Assembly (NCBI GenBank): GCA_903906305.1
Contig: CAIVJR010000005.1
Coordinates: 83,667-147,666 of the forward strand
From: an uncultured bacterium
Lineage (GTDB): Bacteria > Patescibacteriota > Dojkabacteria > SC72
DNA: 64,000 bases
Reading direction: 5' to 3'
Of the stretch, positions 27,212-38,307 are shown piece by piece. Numbering within the stretch: position 1 is the first letter of the stretch; every line of letters starts with the position of its first letter. Position numbers and translations under genes: made by a program. Under the pieces are notes generated by a model. The model had not been told where the DNA came from. It did not search any database and saw nothing but the letters and a program-made list of their open reading frames with translations.

Positions 27212-28700
27212 TGTTCTTTGGCAGTTTTAATTCAAAAAATCTTGTTAAACTCATTTTCCTCTCTTCGTATGGTGGGTAATAAGAGCCTTCAATTCCTGTT
27301 AGCTCCAAGGTTTTCATTCCTGTCTTCCTTAGATCTTGAGCGATCTTTGGTGCTAGCTTCTTAGTTATTGCCCCAGCCTTCTTTGCCCCCATTAGATATC
27401 CCCAGAAACTGTTAAAACCTAATTTTTTTCTAACTTCAGCTAGAAGTTCATACTGCATAGTCGAAGATGGCGAAAAGAGTTGATTGATAAACGAAATCCC
27501 ATTTTTTTCTTTAATACTATATTCTGTATCTCCCAACTTAACATTTTTCTCAAAATTTTCTTTCTTTGTGAAGAAAATTGTCTTCAACATGCTCCCTGTA
27601 GAAAGATCAACTTGCATTCCAGGATCCAATGTACAATCTTGAAAAAGTCCTCCTGGTTTAACTCTTTTAACCATCTCGTCTACGACCTCAAAGTGAGTCT
27701 TCTCATCAAAATAGTTTATCCCGTTATCCGAAAATACAAAATGGTATGTATCATCACCCTTCTGCATAGATTCCAGAGCTGTTTCAAAATATATCGTTAC
27801 CCCCTCAAAATTCTTTTCTTTTTGCCCACTATCCAAAACAATTCGTGTAGGGATACCTCGCAAGGTTAACAACGTAGCTGCACAAATAACAGATTGAAGA
27901 GAGTTATCGGCAGAATGAAACTCAATTTTCTTTCCAGTCTCTTTAAGAGCCTCGTACATTAATGCTGTTGTGATGCCCGCACCGGTACATAATTCCTTAA
28001 CTTTGATTACTTCTTCTCCAGGAAAAGCCTCTTTCATATGATCTCTTGCCTTGGGAGCCATAATCCTTTCTAAACGATATGATTCATAGGCCAAAAGTTT
28101 GTTTAATATCCCTTCAATATTTGATTCCTCCCAATGCATAGATCTTTCCGTACTTTCATCTACGCCATTAGAAAAAAGTTTAGTTGTTTCTTTAAGTAAT
28201 TTTGGTATTAATTGATTAGACATTATTCGAATAGTTGCAGGAGCAAAAACAAATGGATTTTTTGGGTTCATGTATTCCCATTCAGCATAATTGGCATACT
28301 TTTTATGCACATCCATAAAAACAGGGACAAACTCATTTTGAGCATCTCGGACTTCAGCACTTATCTCTGTTGGAATCTTAATATACAAACCGTATTCGTC
28401 TGATCCTAACATCTTTAAATCAAGATCTTTTGGATCCTGAAGGTTAGAAATTTGGGCGTTTTCTTCATTTGTAGCTATTTGTGTCAAATAATTTGTTAAT
28501 GAAGGTAATTGCGAGATATTCTCTTCTGACTGTATTGGCTCATCTGCTGGGACTACAACTTCAGTAGTTACTGGAACGTTTGAAATTTCTTCCTGGGGTG
28601 GTTGCAAAGGAGAATTGGTTTCAACTTGCAAAGACATACCTTCACTCTCTAGTGGTGGTTTGTTATCCATTCTTATTTGGGCAATATTATGTATATACAT
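27198..28700 (-). CDS. hypothetical protein with class I SAM-methyltransferase-like core and a P/Q/E-rich N-terminal region
   Basis: ELCTGAGITTALMYEAL (motif I-like), IEFHSADNS, and VKRVKPGGLFQD (post-III/IV-like). The N-terminal ~110 aa are low complexity. An alternative start is ATG 28670. Confidence 0.5.
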   Translation of the reverse strand: MYIHNIAQIRMDNKPPLESEGMSLQVETNSPLQPPQEEISNVPVTTEVVVPADEPIQSEENISQLPSLTNYLTQIATNEENAQISNLQDPKDLDLKMLGSDEYGLYIKIPTEISAEVRDAQNEFVPVFMDVHKKYANYAEWEYMNPKNPFVFAPATIRIMSNQLIPKLLKETTKLFSNGVDESTERSMHWEESNIEGILNKLLAYESYRLERIMAPKARDHMKEAFPGEEVIKVKELCTGAGITTALMYEALKETGKKIEFHSADNSLQSVICAATLLTLRGIPTRIVLDSGQKEKNFEGVTIYFETALESMQKGDDTYHFVFSDNGINYFDEKTHFEVVDEMVKRVKPGGLFQDCTLDPGMQVDLSTGSMLKTIFFTKKENFEKNVKLGDTEYSIKEKNGISFINQLFSPSSTMQYELLAEVRKKLGFNSFWGYLMGAKKAGAITKKLAPKIAQDLRKTGMKTLELTGIEGSYYPPYEERKMSLTRFFELKLPKNNDMG

Positions 28701-28723
28701 GATAGCACAAAAACTTGATCTGA

Positions 28724-29893
28724 CTATATCCCCGCCTTCTCAAATATTTCTAACCATTTATCTTTGTTTGGTACGTTATTTGGCATAGGTAATAACCCAT
28801 CCTCTACCCATTCACACTGTTTAAATGTAATCTTTCCCGCATACAATTGGTTATACAATCTAGGATTCTCTTCCAATTTCTTCTTAACTTTTCTAAATCC
28901 TCTAAAATATGCAATATCTTTACAATATATTCCTCGATCATGTGTATCCCCCAATCCTCTTTTAACACTATATGTAACATCAAATGCAGAATACTTAGGT
29001 AAAACAGCCAAAAGAACATTGTAAAGCTCTCTAAAGGAAAGATCTTCACCTAGATATACAGCCCATGTTAATGCTGCTTTGTTCTTCAACCATTTCTCTG
29101 TAAGAAGACCCATATTACTCTCATTCCATGTAGCCAAACCCTCCTCAACATCCAAATATTCAGGAAGATTAGCATTACTCAAAGCATTGAACCCACATTT
29201 CATACCATTTTCCGCTCTTAAAGCATGGGTCCCAACCTCGTGTACTAAAGTTTTTCGTAATTTGAAATTACTTCTTTCAATATTGGAATCCACCAAAATC
29301 TCTTTTCGTTTAATACCAAGCTTAATTCCATTTTTTGAAATATTTGCAGATTCATTTACAGTCCAACCATCTAACCCTAGCTCTCTGAAAGTAATGTCAA
29401 ATACTTTTTCAATATCATCATGATACAAAATCTTCCTCCTATTTATATCATCCTCCTTTACCACGTTGTAGTTATCTAACTTTCCTCTCAGTACCCTAGC
29501 CGCATTCCTAAATAGCTTGTCACTAGGTTTACCATACCTATGTACAGAAATATCAGTAACCTCTTCGTTATTACCAACCGCATACATAAGGTCGCTGGCT
29601 TCCTTTTTTGAATCAATTAACTGAAGGTAGAAATCAGAAATGCGAGGATCCACATCAACAATCTCTTTAACATTAGAAAGTTTCTTCAATATCTCTTTGT
29701 TATTATTCTTTACAATCCTGTATTCAAATACCGGATTGTATATCTCGCTATTAAAGAATTTCTTCTTCTCTGCTTCTAAGTTTGTAGGTGTAAATACTAA
29801 TGCAGTCGGTATCCTCAAATCACCAAGTAGCTTAGTAACTTCATCAAGCCTTAATGTCTTCTTTTTTCTAGCAAATATTTCCATGGGATACAT
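28724..29893 (-). CDS. DUF1704 / MATCAP-family zinc carboxypeptidase-like protein
   Basis: HEVGTH (HExxH) followed by YLDVEEGLATWNE (the family QEGLA motif) and KRGLGDTHDRGIYCKDIAYFRG. Confidence 0.65.
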   Translation of the reverse strand: MYPMEIFARKKKTLRLDEVTKLLGDLRIPTALVFTPTNLEAEKKKFFNSEIYNPVFEYRIVKNNNKEILKKLSNVKEIVDVDPRISDFYLQLIDSKKEASDLMYAVGNNEEVTDISVHRYGKPSDKLFRNAARVLRGKLDNYNVVKEDDINRRKILYHDDIEKVFDITFRELGLDGWTVNESANISKNGIKLGIKRKEILVDSNIERSNFKLRKTLVHEVGTHALRAENGMKCGFNALSNANLPEYLDVEEGLATWNESNMGLLTEKWLKNKAALTWAVYLGEDLSFRELYNVLLAVLPKYSAFDVTYSVKRGLGDTHDRGIYCKDIAYFRGFRKVKKKLEENPRLYNQLYAGKITFKQCEWVEDGLLPMPNNVPNKDKWLEIFEKAGI

Positions 29894-29917
29894 TATATAT
29901 GTTAGAGAAGATTAAAA

Positions 29918-30937
29918 CTATCTCCTAAAATCTCTGTTAAATGAGAACTTCCTTGAGCCCTCTTCTATGAGGTCTAAAGCAATACCAGTACCTTTTACTA
30001 CACAAAAAAGAGGATCATCTGCGACATGAGCAGGCACACCTGTAGCACGAGAGAAAAGTTTGTCTAAATTTCTTAGCAAGGATGTACCACCACTCATGAC
30101 CATACCACGATCCATAATGTCAGCAGATAGCTCTGGAGGAGTCTTTTCTAATACTGCTTGTATACTCTTAATTATACTCCTCAATGGCCACTCTACAGCT
30201 TTAGCAATATCATTGGAATTAACAATTACTGATTTAGGCATACCAGCTCCAACATCTCTTCCCCTTACTTCCATCTCCCTTGGATCTTTTACCTCTAATG
30301 CACTCCCTATCTTTATCTTTATCTTCTCAGCTGTCTGTTCACCAATTAAAAGGCCTTTCTTTTTACGCATGTATGAGATTATGGCCTCATTAATAGCGTC
30401 ACCTGCTACTCTTAGAGATTCATATTCTACTACTCCGTCAAGGGATATAACCGCGACTTCGGTGGTACCACCACCCATATTTATAATCATATTTCCAGAT
30501 GATGTATTTATTGGCATCTCCGCACCCAATGCAGCTAACAGAGGTTCTGGGAGTAATGTAACATTCCTTGCACCAACCGCATTTGCAGCTTTAAGTACAG
30601 CTCTTTCTTCTACAGAAGTAATACCTGCAGGTACACTAATTACAACATCAGGTTTGAAAAATCTTCCTTTTCCCAATGCTTTGTCAAAGAAGTATCTAAG
30701 TAAAGCTTCAGTTACTCGAGAATCAGCTATGACACCATTACGAAGAGGTCTTTTGGCAACGATATTATCTGGAGTCTTACCAATCATTTCTTTAGCTTCC
30801 ATACCTACAGCTATGACAGTGAAGTTGTTTACATCTATGGCCACAACGGTAGGTTCAGTTAAGACAATCCCTTCCCCTTGGACAAATACAACTGAGTTAG
30901 CTGTTCCTAGGTCTATACCTAATTTCTTTACAAACAT
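29918..30937 (-). CDS. MreB-like actin homolog (copy 2, paralog)
   Basis: LGIDLGTANSVVF, NMGGGTTEVAV and MSGGTSLLRNLD. Shorter N-terminus than copy 1. Confidence 0.9.
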   Translation of the reverse strand: MFVKKLGIDLGTANSVVFVQGEGIVLTEPTVVAIDVNNFTVIAVGMEAKEMIGKTPDNIVAKRPLRNGVIADSRVTEALLRYFFDKALGKGRFFKPDVVISVPAGITSVEERAVLKAANAVGARNVTLLPEPLLAALGAEMPINTSSGNMIINMGGGTTEVAVISLDGVVEYESLRVAGDAINEAIISYMRKKKGLLIGEQTAEKIKIKIGSALEVKDPREMEVRGRDVGAGMPKSVIVNSNDIAKAVEWPLRSIIKSIQAVLEKTPPELSADIMDRGMVMSGGTSLLRNLDKLFSRATGVPAHVADDPLFCVVKGTGIALDLIEEGSRKFSFNRDFRR

Positions 30938-30975
30938 ATGAATTAGCTTCCAATACTACAAGTTATCTACTATCC

Positions 30976-31977
30976 TTAAAATTTCAACTTCATTGCCTCT
31001 TTCATCTGACCAGCAACACCAGTTGCTATACCGGCTACCTTAACACTTCCCTCTAATGCTTTCTTCATCAATTCTTCTTTCATACCTTCAGCTTCTCTTC
31101 TTCTCTCTCTAATTGGAGTTAAGAACTCATTCATAACTTCAAACAATCTTTCTTTAACTTCTACATCCTTTATAGTTCCATTCCTGTATCTCTCTTTCAT
31201 AGCCTCAACTTCTTCAATATCCTTGTCGAACAGATCTAGGTATGTAAATGCAACATTGCCTTCAATCTTACCAGGGTCTGTAGCATGAATTCTTGCAGGA
31301 TCGGTATATACCTTAAATACTTTCTTTCTTAATTCCTCTTCTGTATCAGCAAGATATATTCCATTGTTTAAACTCTTCCCCATCTTTGCATTGCCATCAA
31401 TCCCTGGTACATTAGCCTCAACACCAAACAGAGCCTGAGGTTGGTGTAATATATCTGTCTTGTATGTACTGTTAAACTTTCTTGCCAATACTCTAGTATC
31501 TTCAATCATTGGAGCCTGATCCTTACCCACTGGAACTAAGTCTGCATTAACACAAAGAATATCTGCAGCCTGATGTATTGGATATATGAAGAAGCCCAAA
31601 GGAGTAGAAACTTCCATCCCCTTTTGAGCCATTTCTGTTTTAATTGTTGGATTATGCTGAATCTGTTGTACGGTTGCAAAATTGGCAAGATATATGAATA
31701 TCTCATGGATAGCAGGAACTTCGCTCTGTATAAATATGGTAGCTTTGTTGAAATCAATCCCAGCAGCATAGTAGTCACAAAGGAGTTCTTCAATATTTTC
31801 TCTAACCTTACCCGGATTATCAAAGTTATCTGTCAATGCCTGCACATTCGCTATCTCAATATACTCCTCATATTCATCCTGTAATTTCGCCCTACTTTGT
31901 AAAGACCCAAAATAGTGGCCTATGTGCAACTGACCTGTAGGTCTGTCCCCCGTTAGAATTCTTTTCTTTACTTCCAT
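30976..31977 (-). CDS. trpS: tryptophanyl-tRNA synthetase
   Basis: ILTGDRPTGQLHIGHYFGSL (HIGH) and KMGKSLNN (KMSKS). Confidence 0.93.
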   Translation of the reverse strand: MEVKKRILTGDRPTGQLHIGHYFGSLQSRAKLQDEYEEYIEIANVQALTDNFDNPGKVRENIEELLCDYYAAGIDFNKATIFIQSEVPAIHEIFIYLANFATVQQIQHNPTIKTEMAQKGMEVSTPLGFFIYPIHQAADILCVNADLVPVGKDQAPMIEDTRVLARKFNSTYKTDILHQPQALFGVEANVPGIDGNAKMGKSLNNGIYLADTEEELRKKVFKVYTDPARIHATDPGKIEGNVAFTYLDLFDKDIEEVEAMKERYRNGTIKDVEVKERLFEVMNEFLTPIRERRREAEGMKEELMKKALEGSVKVAGIATGVAGQMKEAMKLKF

Positions 31978-32009
31978 AGTTTACATTCTAACAAACTTCG
32001 TACCCATTA

Positions 32010-32018
32010 TGCTATACT
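32010..32018 (+). promoter_or_regulatory. extended -10 element placed 6 nt before the PEGA gene ATG (leaderless candidate)
   Basis: TG-C-TATACT at 32010-32018, then 6 nt, then ATG 32025. Confidence 0.35.
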
Positions 32019-32024
32019 CTTGGC

Positions 32025-33563
32025 ATGAAAACGTCTCCCAAGACCAAAGTTAAATCACATATTGGCTCAGTCCTCTACCCAATATTGTACACCTTAATAC
32101 TCTTTTTAGTTGCCTCAAGCATATATTTCTATGCTAATGGGTATAGATTGGATATTTTTAAGCAAGAAATAACTCAGAATGGTGTAATAACCGTTGAAAG
32201 TTCCCCATTTGGAGCAGATGTATATGTAAATGAAAAGTTAGTTGGAAAAACACCCAAAAGCACAAGCGTAAAGATTGGTACATACCATATTACTGTAAAA
32301 AAAGATGGATATTTTAACTGGGAAAAAGATATTGATATATTAGAAGGCAAATCTACTCCCATATTTCCTTGGTTAATTAAACAAAATCCTAAATATACTA
32401 CCCTATGGACATCCACAGGTTCAATTGAAAAATATTGGATTAATGAAGGAAACAACCACGTAGTATTCCTAACTAAAGAGATAGACGGATATATACTTTG
32501 GGAATATACATTAAACCCTGCGCTATGGGATTTCACTACAAATCCATCAGAAATATTGAAATTGGATAACAATGATGTTGATATAACTATGTCCCCTAGT
32601 GGTTTGCAAGTCATATTAAAAACATCAACAGATTCTACAAGCCAATACTATATCCTTAATACGCAAGTACTTTCCCAACTCTCAAACCTCAGGGCTCTAA
32701 ATATCGACGCATCAAAAGCATACGAAATCACGTGGTCAAATGACAACAGCTATTTGATCATCGAGTCGACTGACGGGATCTATTCATATGATATAAGAAT
32801 TAACCAATTGACCACATTAGTGGAAAAGTTGGAATCAAAAGAATATATATGGACCACCGATGAACAAGGATTCTTCTACATTGTAGAGCCTTCAAAAACC
32901 CAACTCACAGACCTCCACTCATACAATTTAAAACAAACAAACCTCAATGGATCCAATCCCAAATATATCATTGAAAACTTCTACTTCTACAAAACAGATA
33001 AATACCTCGAACAATACAGGACCAGTGGGTTTACATATACAGAATTTGCATCGTCCCCCGAAGGAACATTCTCTGCAGGAGAAATCACTAATGTTAATGT
33101 AAATCAACAAGCTCAAGGAGTATATATCAAAACTACTTTGGCTACATATTGGTTCAATATTCAAACCCAGAAATTCATGATGATTTCTGCCTACCCGGCA
33201 CAGTTCATAGCCTTTAACCATGACCATGAGCGCTTAATATTCACAGATGATAATCAGCTTGGAATATTTACCTTTGCTAAAACAGAAGGAGACCACACTG
33301 TAGACATAGGCTCTCAGAAAGTTAAGAATATCGCGGATATATCTCAATCCTCTAGTTACAAATGGCTTACAGACTCCCTAAACATCACCTATTTGCATGA
33401 AGGAATAATATATATTTCGGATGTAGATGGAGATAACAAAACCTATATTACAAAGCCTTCTAATTTGCTAGATTTCTTAATTAGAAATTCAAACAACACC
33501 CTACTCACATTCACCAAGGATGAGGAGAACAAACTTTCAATCACAGAGTTAGAAATTCACTAG
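32025..33563 (+). CDS. PEGA domain protein with N-terminal TM anchor and a repeat-rich (beta-propeller-like) ectodomain
   Basis: FGADVYVNEKLVGKTPKSTSVKIGTYHITVKKDGY is a PEGA motif. N-terminal TM helix. Confidence 0.7.
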   Translation: MKTSPKTKVKSHIGSVLYPILYTLILFLVASSIYFYANGYRLDIFKQEITQNGVITVESSPFGADVYVNEKLVGKTPKSTSVKIGTYHITVKKDGYFNWEKDIDILEGKSTPIFPWLIKQNPKYTTLWTSTGSIEKYWINEGNNHVVFLTKEIDGYILWEYTLNPALWDFTTNPSEILKLDNNDVDITMSPSGLQVILKTSTDSTSQYYILNTQVLSQLSNLRALNIDASKAYEITWSNDNSYLIIESTDGIYSYDIRINQLTTLVEKLESKEYIWTTDEQGFFYIVEPSKTQLTDLHSYNLKQTNLNGSNPKYIIENFYFYKTDKYLEQYRTSGFTYTEFASSPEGTFSAGEITNVNVNQQAQGVYIKTTLATYWFNIQTQKFMMISAYPAQFIAFNHDHERLIFTDDNQLGIFTFAKTEGDHTVDIGSQKVKNIADISQSSSYKWLTDSLNITYLHEGIIYISDVDGDNKTYITKPSNLLDFLIRNSNNTLLTFTKDEENKLSITELEIH

Positions 33564-33565
33564 AA

Positions 33566-33640
33566 CGCACCTGGCCGGAGTCGGACCGACAACCTACACG
33601 TTAGGAGTGTGTTGCTCTATCCAGATTGAGCTACAGGTGC
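33566..33640 (-). tRNA. tRNA-Arg (CCU)
   Basis: Reverse complement GCACCTG/TA/GCTC-AATCTGGAT-AGAGC/A/ACACA-CTCCTAA-CGTGT/AGGTT/GTCGG-TCCGACT-CCGGC/CAGGTGC/G. No CCA. Confidence 0.85.
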
Positions 33641-33733
33641 TTATTTACAAACTAAGCTTAACACAAATATATCACATTTCCAATGGAATTTCATTTTTCT
33701 ATAGGATTATATATATAGCTTTTCCATGGTATA

Positions 33734-36595
33734 ATGTACGTTGCAATGAAACAAGAATATATAAAAATAAGGGGTGCAAGAGAGAATAACCTTCAGAATA
33801 TATCGCTTGATATCCCTAAGAACAAATTAGTAGTCATAACTGGAGTCTCCGGTAGTGGTAAATCCTCCTTAGCCTTTGATACATTGTACGCAGAAGGTCA
33901 AAGAAGATATGTAGAATCTCTCTCGTCCTATGCAAGGCAGTTTCTAGGCGTTATGAAGAAGCCTGATGTAGATTCCATAGAAGGACTCTCCCCTGCCATC
34001 TCAATCGATCAGAAGACCGCAGGATCCAATCCTAGATCTACCGTAGGAACTATCACAGAGATATATAGTTACCTTCGATTACTGTATGGAAATATTGGCA
34101 TCGCCCATTGTCCAAACTGTCATACACCAGTTGAAGCTCAGACTATACAAGAAATAACACAAAAAGTACTCGATCATATCAAAGGTTCTACCAAGAAGTT
34201 CCAAGTGGTTTCACCATTGATAAAGAACCGTAAGGGAGAGTTTTCTTCACTCTTTGAGAAGTTGCTAGCACGAGGGTTTCTCAGAATAATCGTTGATGGT
34301 AATACATATATGCTTGATGATATCGAAAATATCAAGCTTGATGAGAACAAAAAACACGATTTAGACCTCGTAATAGACCGATTAGATGGCAAAAGTGTAG
34401 AACAAAAACGTTTAACAGACGCCATAGAGCTTGCGGTAGCGCAATCTAAGGGTGAAGTTAAAGTATTAGTAGAAGGTGAAGAGCCCCTATTCTTCTCAGA
34501 AAACAACACTTGTCCAACTTGTGGTATATCATACCCTAAAATAGCTCCAGCCAGCTTCTCATTTAACGCTCCAGAAGGCGCATGCCCAAAGTGTGCAGGA
34601 TTAGGAATACTAAAAGAATTAGATATAAATCTACTCTACAACCCGAATTTGACCATATCAGAGGGTGGAATCTTCCCATGGAGTAATAGAACAAGCAAAG
34701 ACTCATGGACATTAAAGATCCTACAAAGTGTAGCAGTAGAACATCATTTTGATCTAAAGACACCAATTAAGAAATATCCTCAAGAGATATTTGACCTCAT
34801 CTTCTACGGAAAAGGCGCAAAAGAAACATATACCATACAGTACACCAATAGATTTGGTAGAACCAAAATCTATGATGCTGAATATGAAGGCGTAATCAAT
34901 GAATTAAACCGAAGATACAAAGAAACCTCTTCGGACTATTCAAGGCTCGAGACCGAGAAGTACATGGTAGAAAGAGTTTGTGATGCATGTAATGGTAAAA
35001 GACTAAAGCCATATACATTAGCAGTAACTATCAATGAAAAGAATATAGATGAGATAACCAATACACCAATTAACGAGTTGATCGAGTTCTTTGGTTCAAT
35101 TGAGCTAAAAGGCAACAAAGCAGAGATAGCAAAGCCAATTATTAAGGAAGTCCTCTCCAGATTAAACTTCCTAACTAATGTTGGTTTGGACTATTTAACC
35201 CTTTCTAGAAAAGCTACCACTCTTTCAGGTGGTGAATCACAAAGAATACGATTAGCATCACAAATTGGTACTGGACTCACAGGAGTCCTTTACGTACTTG
35301 ACGAACCTTCAATTGGATTACATCAAAGAGATGTATCAAAGTTGATAAAATCACTCGAGAACCTGCGCGATACCGGCAATTCTGTCATAGTGGTTGAACA
35401 CGACGAAGAAACTATAAGATGTGCAGATTGGGTAGTCGATATAGGCCCTAATGCAGGTAAGCATGGAGGTAAGGTAGTAGCAGAAGGTACTATAGATGAT
35501 ATCAAGCATAGTGGTTCTCTCACTGCTAAGTATATCAAGAAAGAGCTCTCCGTCGGGAAGAGTCTCAAGAAAAGTACAAGATCAGACACAAAGAACATGT
35601 TAAAACTCACAGGACTCACCACTCACAATCTTAAGGATGTAAATCTAGAAATCCCGTTAAACCAATTCATCTGTATAACTGGTGTTTCTGGCAGTGGGAA
35701 GTCTTCATTGATAAACGACACACTCTATCCAGTACTGATGAATAAAGTTATGCATTCAAAACAACAGGAAGGATCATACAAATCAATCGAGGGAGTGGAG
35801 AAAATTAATCAGATTATTGATATCGACCAATCGCCTATAGGCCGAACCCCGAGGTCAAATCCAGCTACTTACACAGGAGTATTTACTGCAATTAGAGATA
35901 TATTTGCTAATACCAAGGAGGCTAAAGCCAGAGGATATGGAACCAATAGATTTAGCTTCAATGTTAAGGGTGGAAGATGTGAGAAATGCCAAGGAGATGG
36001 TCAGATCAAAGTTGAAATGCAATTCTTACCTGATATGTATGTAACTTGCGATGCATGTAATGGGAAAAGATATAACGATGAGGCATTGCAGGTTGATTAT
36101 AAGGGAAAGAATATATCCGATGTCTTAAATATGACAGTTGAAGACGCATTGGAGTTCTTCAAGAACATTCCTTCTATATATAGAAAGCTTGCAGTATTGA
36201 ATGAAGTAGGCCTTGGATACATACAATTAGGTCAATCTGCACTCACTCTATCTGGTGGAGAATCTCAAAGAATCAAGTTAGCAAAAGAATTATCCAAAAT
36301 GTCTCGTGGCCATACCATGTACATATTGGATGAACCTACAACTGGGTTGCATTATCATGATATTGATAAGCTACTTACCCTACTTAAGGGATTAGTTGAT
36401 AAAGGCCATACTGTAATGTGCGTGGAACATAACTTAGATATCATAAAGTTCGCAGATTGGATCGTGGATCTTGGTCCTGAGGGTGGAGACAAGGGTGGTT
36501 ACATTGTAGCCGAAGGTACTGTCGAGGATGTGATGAAAAATCCTAAGAGTTGGACAGGAAAGTATCTTAAGAAATATCTAGAAAATTTAGAATAG
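33734..36595 (+). CDS. uvrA: excinuclease ABC subunit A
   Basis: Two Walker A sites (GVSGSGKSS x2), LSGGESQR signatures, and zinc-finger CxxC pairs. Alternative start ATG 33746 (MKQEYIKIRGARENNL). Confidence 0.96.
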   Translation: MYVAMKQEYIKIRGARENNLQNISLDIPKNKLVVITGVSGSGKSSLAFDTLYAEGQRRYVESLSSYARQFLGVMKKPDVDSIEGLSPAISIDQKTAGSNPRSTVGTITEIYSYLRLLYGNIGIAHCPNCHTPVEAQTIQEITQKVLDHIKGSTKKFQVVSPLIKNRKGEFSSLFEKLLARGFLRIIVDGNTYMLDDIENIKLDENKKHDLDLVIDRLDGKSVEQKRLTDAIELAVAQSKGEVKVLVEGEEPLFFSENNTCPTCGISYPKIAPASFSFNAPEGACPKCAGLGILKELDINLLYNPNLTISEGGIFPWSNRTSKDSWTLKILQSVAVEHHFDLKTPIKKYPQEIFDLIFYGKGAKETYTIQYTNRFGRTKIYDAEYEGVINELNRRYKETSSDYSRLETEKYMVERVCDACNGKRLKPYTLAVTINEKNIDEITNTPINELIEFFGSIELKGNKAEIAKPIIKEVLSRLNFLTNVGLDYLTLSRKATTLSGGESQRIRLASQIGTGLTGVLYVLDEPSIGLHQRDVSKLIKSLENLRDTGNSVIVVEHDEETIRCADWVVDIGPNAGKHGGKVVAEGTIDDIKHSGSLTAKYIKKELSVGKSLKKSTRSDTKNMLKLTGLTTHNLKDVNLEIPLNQFICITGVSGSGKSSLINDTLYPVLMNKVMHSKQQEGSYKSIEGVEKINQIIDIDQSPIGRTPRSNPATYTGVFTAIRDIFANTKEAKARGYGTNRFSFNVKGGRCEKCQGDGQIKVEMQFLPDMYVTCDACNGKRYNDEALQVDYKGKNISDVLNMTVEDALEFFKNIPSIYRKLAVLNEVGLGYIQLGQSALTLSGGESQRIKLAKELSKMSRGHTMYILDEPTTGLHYHDIDKLLTLLKGLVDKGHTVMCVEHNLDIIKFADWIVDLGPEGGDKGGYIVAEGTVEDVMKNPKSWTGKYLKKYLENLE

Positions 36596-36806
36596 TGAAA
36601 CCTTAGGGCCCGTTTTGGGTCAGAAATACTACGGGTCTGAAAAAGTAGACAGGGGTAAATAATAGGTACATCAGAAGTAAACCCATATCCCAAAACAGAA
36701 ATCTTACTAGAATCTCGCGTTATGGAAATTCGATAGCACCTCATCAGCATGGTCAATTTGAACAGTTTGAGGGTTTGAGAAAATAGTGAATTTCGCTTAG
36801 TTTCAC

Positions 36807-38291
<1,485 letters not shown>

Positions 38292-38307
38292 CTATTTATT
38301 CATTAAT

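Noticed and set aside
30060-30941. 293-aa plus-strand ORF covering almost the whole second mreB gene
   Set aside because: It is the antisense shadow of a clearly recognisable MreB. Its translation is low-complexity (S/T/P/I-rich) with no motif.
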